64,000 bases of DNA, taken from positions 13,592 through 77,591 of the forward strand of contig JAZRSV010000005.1 of NCBI GenBank assembly GCA_045651685.1, in the 5' to 3' direction. The translations under genes were made by a program, and so were the position numbers. The notes below the pieces were generated by a model. The model worked only from the letters and a program-made list of their open reading frames with translations. It was not told where the DNA came from and made no database searches. Position 1 is the stretch's first letter, and every line of letters begins with the position of its first letter. Source of the stretch: Clostridia bacterium. Its GTDB lineage: Bacteria > Bacillota > Clostridia > Christensenellales > UBA1242. Below, one piece after another: positions 59,554-64,000 of the stretch.

Positions 59554-59682
59554 AAAATATATTTATTTTTCCTTTGTACAAAAAATGACAAAATACAACA
59601 TTAGTTGCATAGATACTTAAGTATATCACAAAGTTTGAAAAACTGACATCATATTTAACAAATTTTTACACATTATAACTAT

Positions 59683-60297
59683 ATGAAAAGAATTAGTGTT
59701 TTTATAATTTTGGTTATTGTTGTTTTTGCTTGTGGGTTTTCGGCAGGTTTACCTGTAATACCACCAACAAAAACAAGTAACTCTACAACAACATCACCAG
59801 AGCAAAATACAACTTTGCCACAACCAAATACCATCACCGCACCAGAAGCTCAAAAAGTAGAACTACATAAAGATAACTGGTTTGATTTTGTCAATGAATT
59901 TTGGCCAAGATATACAGATGCAGAAGTTATAGATGTTGCCACTCTTACAAGGTACAAAGTAAAAAGAGTTGGAGGCTATAACCATGCAGATGTAGAACCA
60001 TTGACAACCGCAGAGACTGACAAAATGTATAGCATCTACGACTATCAATGGAGCTGGACTCGCAGACCCGTGTGGGTATTTGTAAATAATAGATACATAG
60101 CAGCATCTATTAACGGCTACCCTCACGCATATGACTATGTATCTGGCAACAATATGACAGGCCATACTTGTATACACTTTTACAAGAGTCGCACCCACGC
60201 TAGCAACAACTGGGACCCAGCACACAAAGAAGCAGTAGAAACTGCATACTCAAGTTTGACCAAATTTAATAATTATATAAAACAACTAACCAAATAA
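59683..60297 (+). CDS. Exported protein: signal peptide, Thr/Pro-rich linker, His/Cys-containing C-terminal domain
   Basis: N-terminal hydrophobic segment; GGYNHADVEP, WSWTRRP, AASINGYPH, GHTCIHF. Confidence 0.8.
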   Translation: MKRISVFIILVIVVFACGFSAGLPVIPPTKTSNSTTTSPEQNTTLPQPNTITAPEAQKVELHKDNWFDFVNEFWPRYTDAEVIDVATLTRYKVKRVGGYNHADVEPLTTAETDKMYSIYDYQWSWTRRPVWVFVNNRYIAASINGYPHAYDYVSGNNMTGHTCIHFYKSRTHASNNWDPAHKEAVETAYSSLTKFNNYIKQLTK

Positions 60298-60324
60298 AAA
60301 AATCACTACCTAAGTAGTGATTTT
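60296..60324. terminator. Bidirectional terminator
   Basis: AAAAAAATCACTAC-ctaa-GTAGTGATTTT. Confidence 0.8.
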
Positions 60325-60329
60325 GTTTA

Positions 60330-61025
60330 TTACTTAATATAAACTAATCTGCGACATTGTTCGCATTCTAACCAGCCATTTGCTTTTACTTTGTTAACAA
60401 ACGCAGCAGAAACATCCATACGGCAACCACCACAAGTGTTGTTGTTTAGTGGTACAAATACTGGGAAGATATTGTCTTGTCTTACATGTTTGTACTTTGA
60501 CATAACAGCAGCATCGATAGTTGGCTCTAAAGCTTTCATTTGACTTTGCAATGTAGCAATTTGTGGTTCGATATCAGCTTTTACCAAATCATATTTTTCT
60601 TTAGCTTCTTTATGTTTTGTACGAGAAACAATAATGTTCTTTTTTGCAGTGTCAAATTGTTGCAAAATTTGACTAACTTTTAGAGCACATGCAGATGCTT
60701 TGCGTTCTAAATTGTTTAATGCATTTGATAAATCGTTAGCTTTTTTTGCTAATGCTTCTAATTCTTCTTCAGAAAAGTTTTTTGTGTCAACTTTTGTAAT
60801 GTCACTCATTTTTGCCAAAGCTTTGTCATATTCTGCTTTTAGGCTATCAAATTCTTTTAGAGTTTGTTTTGCTTGATCTTCTAAAGTGATTAGTTTGTTT
60901 TGCTCACCTTTTACTTGACTAACCATATCTGATACAGACTTTTTTAGTGGGTGTTGATCAAGAGTTTTTTGCAAAGACAAAAGTTTGCTCTCCAAATCTT
61001 GATATTTTAGTATGTTTGTTAGCAT
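60330..61025 (-). CDS. Coiled-coil protein with C4 zinc ribbon (DUF164/zf-RING_7-like)
   Basis: Long coiled coil then CGGC...CEQC; downstream of trmK. Confidence 0.85.
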   Translation of the reverse strand: MLTNILKYQDLESKLLSLQKTLDQHPLKKSVSDMVSQVKGEQNKLITLEDQAKQTLKEFDSLKAEYDKALAKMSDITKVDTKNFSEEELEALAKKANDLSNALNNLERKASACALKVSQILQQFDTAKKNIIVSRTKHKEAKEKYDLVKADIEPQIATLQSQMKALEPTIDAAVMSKYKHVRQDNIFPVFVPLNNNTCGGCRMDVSAAFVNKVKANGWLECEQCRRLVYIK

Positions 61026-61696
61026 TATTTATCTCCTTTGATTTGTGATAACACTTGTGATACTGCTTTGTAATAGTCTTTTACCCTATCATCATTGCAA
61101 CTTTTGTTGCTTACAATAGCACAAAATTTTTGTTCTTCTTGTGTGATATATTCTACAAAATACTTATTAGCTTGTTGCAAGTTGGTTATACCAAACAACA
61201 ACTCTAGATTGGTAAGTTGTTGTTGTCCTGCAGAAACCTTTAGTATGTTATAAAACATATTGCCTTGCTTTGTCATAACATCGGCATCTATCTTATAACC
61301 ATTGTTTGTTAACCACTGTCTTAATAATATAACATTTTTCATAGGTTGTAAAACAAAGTTGGTTATATTATCTTGCCTTGATGCTGACAAAATTTTTATT
61401 ATTTGCATGCCACCCATACCTGCAATAACAGCCATATAATCAGAATAGTCTTGCTTTAATACAGTAAGACCATCTCCTACAAAAAACTCACAACTATCTT
61501 GCAAATTTTGCTCTTTTATTAAAGTTTTTGCTTTTTGTAGACTTGATTGGCTAATATCGGTACAGATAGCTTTTGATATCTTTTTATCCAAAAGTAATTG
61601 CGCAACCAATTTGCCATGATCAGTACCAACATCAACGATGTTTTTGTCGACCATGTCATATATACATTTTAGTCTATTGTCTAAAAGATTAGTCAT
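61025..61696 (-). CDS. trmK: tRNA (adenine22-N1) methyltransferase
   Basis: RL.., DVGTDHG, GDGL, IAGMGG, LQPM. Confidence 0.93.
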   Translation of the reverse strand: MTNLLDNRLKCIYDMVDKNIVDVGTDHGKLVAQLLLDKKISKAICTDISQSSLQKAKTLIKEQNLQDSCEFFVGDGLTVLKQDYSDYMAVIAGMGGMQIIKILSASRQDNITNFVLQPMKNVILLRQWLTNNGYKIDADVMTKQGNMFYNILKVSAGQQQLTNLELLFGITNLQQANKYFVEYITQEEQKFCAIVSNKSCNDDRVKDYYKAVSQVLSQIKGDK

Positions 61697-62750
61697 CGCA
61701 AAAACCCTTTAAGCGTTTACATCTGTTAGGGTTTCTTAATTTGCGCAAAGCTTTTGCTTCGATCTGTCTAATACGCTCACGAGTGACATTAAACTCACGA
61801 CCAACTTCTTCTAGAGTTCTAGAATGTGCATCATCTAGACCATAACGAAGTCTAATAACCTTTTGCTCTCTTGGAGTAAGTGTATCGATAGCTGCAAGTA
61901 GTTGTTCTTTAAGAATTAGTTGTGCAGCAGCTTCTACTGGTGATTTTGTATTTTCGTCTTCTACAAAGTCGCCAATTTTGCTATCTTCTTCTTCACCTAC
62001 TGGGTTTTCTAGAGATACTGGGTCTTGTGCTATTTTTTGAATTTCGCAAACTCTTTCTTCACTGATACCCATTGCTTCGGCGATTTCGGCAGAGCTTGGG
62101 TCACGACCTAATTGTTGCAACAATTGACGGCTAACACGAATAAGCTTGTTGATAGTTTCTACCATGTGTACTGGTATACGAATTGTTCTTGCTTGATCTG
62201 CTATAGCACGAGTGATAGATTGTCTAATCCACCATGTTGCATATGTAGAAAAACGGAAACCTTTAGTATAGTCAAACTTCTCTACAGCTTTTAGTAGGCC
62301 TAGGTTGCCTTCTTGTATCAAATCCAAAAATTGCATACTTGTACGACCAACATAACGCTTTGCAATACTAACGACAAGTCTTAAGTTTGCTTCTGATAAT
62401 TTTGCTTTGGCATATTCGTCACCATCTTGCATACGCTTTGCAAGTGCAATTTCTTCATCACTAGAAAGTAGCGGAACTTTACCGATATCTTTTAGATACA
62501 TTTTTACAGGGTCATCAACATTAACTTCACTAATGATCTTTGAGATATCCTCTACTTCTTCGTTTGCATCTGATTGATAATTAATCTTAAAACCTTGTTT
62601 TTCTAGATATTTTACAACATCTTTGATTTCGTCTGCAGAAGCATCATATTTTAATAATTTTAAGATAATATCTTCTTCGTTGATATATTCTTTACCTCTA
62701 GATGTTTCTACAAGTTTGTTTACTTCTGCTGTAAACTTTTCGTTAAACAT
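61689..62750 (-). CDS. sigA: Primary sigma factor SigA/RpoD
   Basis: [41 protein letters not shown]...[10 protein letters not shown]. Confidence 0.98.
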   Translation of the reverse strand: MFNEKFTAEVNKLVETSRGKEYINEEDIILKLLKYDASADEIKDVVKYLEKQGFKINYQSDANEEVEDISKIISEVNVDDPVKMYLKDIGKVPLLSSDEEIALAKRMQDGDEYAKAKLSEANLRLVVSIAKRYVGRTSMQFLDLIQEGNLGLLKAVEKFDYTKGFRFSTYATWWIRQSITRAIADQARTIRIPVHMVETINKLIRVSRQLLQQLGRDPSSAEIAEAMGISEERVCEIQKIAQDPVSLENPVGEEEDSKIGDFVEDENTKSPVEAAAQLILKEQLLAAIDTLTPREQKVIRLRYGLDDAHSRTLEEVGREFNVTRERIRQIEAKALRKLRNPNRCKRLKGFCDD

Positions 62751-62753
62751 ATA

Positions 62754-64000
62754 TTATTCTCCAATTCTACTATTTTTTAATTCTTTTGTTGCCAAACTTA
62801 ATTTTGCAGCAATTTCTCTGCGGCGTGTTAAGTCTGTTTCTGTCTTAAATTGTTGAGTAAGACGCTCTATTTCTTGCTCTAAACCAAGTTTTGCAATTCT
62901 ACGCAAACTTTGCTTAAAGTATAATTCTTCTTTATCACCAAACTGGCTAAAGTCAAAATTGATTATTTGTTTTAGATCTTCGTTTTCGTCAACTTCAAAC
63001 TCATCAAATATACTGCTAACAGTGTATACTTTGTCATTATTTACACAATCTAACATATAATCAAAGAGTTTTTGATAAGTTGGATTTTTGAAATATATTG
63101 TTGTTTCAAACTTTGCATACTCTTTTTTATAAAGCAAACTTGCTAACAAAAATTTGATTGCCTTTTGTACAGAATCTTCTCTAAACTCTTCTGCTTTTTG
63201 TATACTTTGTTGAGTTTGAGTGTTTACTTCTTGTCCAGTGTTGCTATTTAACAAGTCTCTTTTTAGAGTGTCAATATTGATATTAGTAAGGCGACTAATA
63301 AGCTTTAGATAAACTTCTTTTTCTGACATTGTTTTAAGTATTTTTAACAAGTCAAACGCCTGACTAACAAATTTTGCTTTTTCGTAATTGTTGGTTAGGT
63401 TGTATTGTTTTGCTAATGTCATAATCTTAAAGTCCAAACCAACAACTGCATTTTCTATATAATAAGCAAGTTTTTCTTTGCCGTATTTTTTTAAGAATTC
63501 GTCTGGATCCAAATTTTCTGGTAGAGTCACAACTCTAACATCAAGCCCGTCCTCCATCAAGATATCAACGGCACGAAAACTAGCTTTTTGACCGGCAGAA
63601 TCGCCATCTAAACACAATACAATCTTGTTTGCAAAGCGCTTTAACAATTTTGCATGATAAGGAGTTATTGCTGTGCCCATACAAGCACCGGCATTTTCAA
63701 AACCAGCTTTTGCCAGCGCTATAACATCCATCGCGCCCTCACCTATAAGTATATAGTCAAGACCTCGCTCTTGTTTGATACGCTTAATGTTGTTTATATT
63801 GTATACTGTCTTGCTCTTGTCAAAGATGACAGTTTCTTTAGTATTGCGATATTTTGCAAAGTCGCCATCTACAAGTTGTCTTGCAGTAAAGCCAATACAA
63901 TCGCCATATACATTTATTATAGGGAACATTAATCTTGTTGCCATAACATCAAATGTACGATTGTTTTTGGTATCAGCAATACCAGCTTCTTCCATACTAC
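62754..64000 (-). CDS. dnaG: DNA primase (5' part outside the window)
   Basis: RLMFPI, GFTAR, KYRNT, EGAMDVI, GTA, DGDSAG, DPDE TOPRIM motifs. Confidence 0.96.
   Translation of the reverse strand, partial: SMEEAGIADTKNNRTFDVMATRLMFPIINVYGDCIGFTARQLVDGDFAKYRNTKETVIFDKSKTVYNINNIKRIKQERGLDYILIGEGAMDVIALAKAGFENAGACMGTAITPYHAKLLKRFANKIVLCLDGDSAGQKASFRAVDILMEDGLDVRVVTLPENLDPDEFLKKYGKEKLAYYIENAVVGLDFKIMTLAKQYNLTNNYEKAKFVSQAFDLLKILKTMSEKEVYLKLISRLTNINIDTLKRDLLNSNTGQEVNTQTQQSIQKAEEFREDSVQKAIKFLLASLLYKKEYAKFETTIYFKNPTYQKLFDYMLDCVNNDKVYTVSSIFDEFEVDENEDLKQIINFDFSQFGDKEELYFKQSLRRIAKLGLEQEIERLTQQFKTETDLTRRREIAAKLSLATKELKNSRIGE

Noticed and set aside
1-64000. CRISPR array, prophage, IS element, parS/dif site, intein or recoding signal
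   Set aside because: None seen on manual reading, and core proteins have ordinary lengths apart from those noted. Short sites could have been missed without a computational scan.

Overview
Low-GC, gene-dense chromosomal segment from a Clostridia-like (Bacillota) bacterium, probably a streamlined spore-forming lineage (inference). It is almost all housekeeping, with most genes on the minus strand: dnaG-sigA-trmK, valS, pta-ackA-yceD-rpmF-plsX-rnc-smc-ftsY-ylxM-ffh-rpsP-khpA-rimM-trmD-rbgA-rnhB-yraN, T-box-tyrS, rplS-comM-dprA-topA-trmFO-hslVU-hisS-trxA, iscS-iscU, ruvX, rpsB-tsf-frr-uppS-cdsA-rseP and rimP-nusA-infB-rbfA-nrnA-truB-nfo. There are also two ABC systems and a few sporulation-type genes. 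I saw no tRNA, rRNA, CRISPR array, integrase or transposase. The main observation is at the usual polC position (7801-9375): a 524-aa 'mini-PolC' that keeps the PolC N-terminal domain, OB fold and an intact DEDDh exonuclease. It lacks the PHP and polymerase domains, and a QGNLF sliding-clamp-like motif sits where the PHP was. This suggests a clamp-tethered proofreading subunit acting in trans. Other points: an IscU missing all three cluster-binding cysteines beside an intact IscS, a 49-aa protein missed by the ORF track, apparently leaderless genes behind sporulation-sigma-like promoters, twin sigmaK-like promoters in an ABC operon, and repeated gaps in conserved operons. All family assignments come from recognising motifs and gene order by eye; no searches were run.
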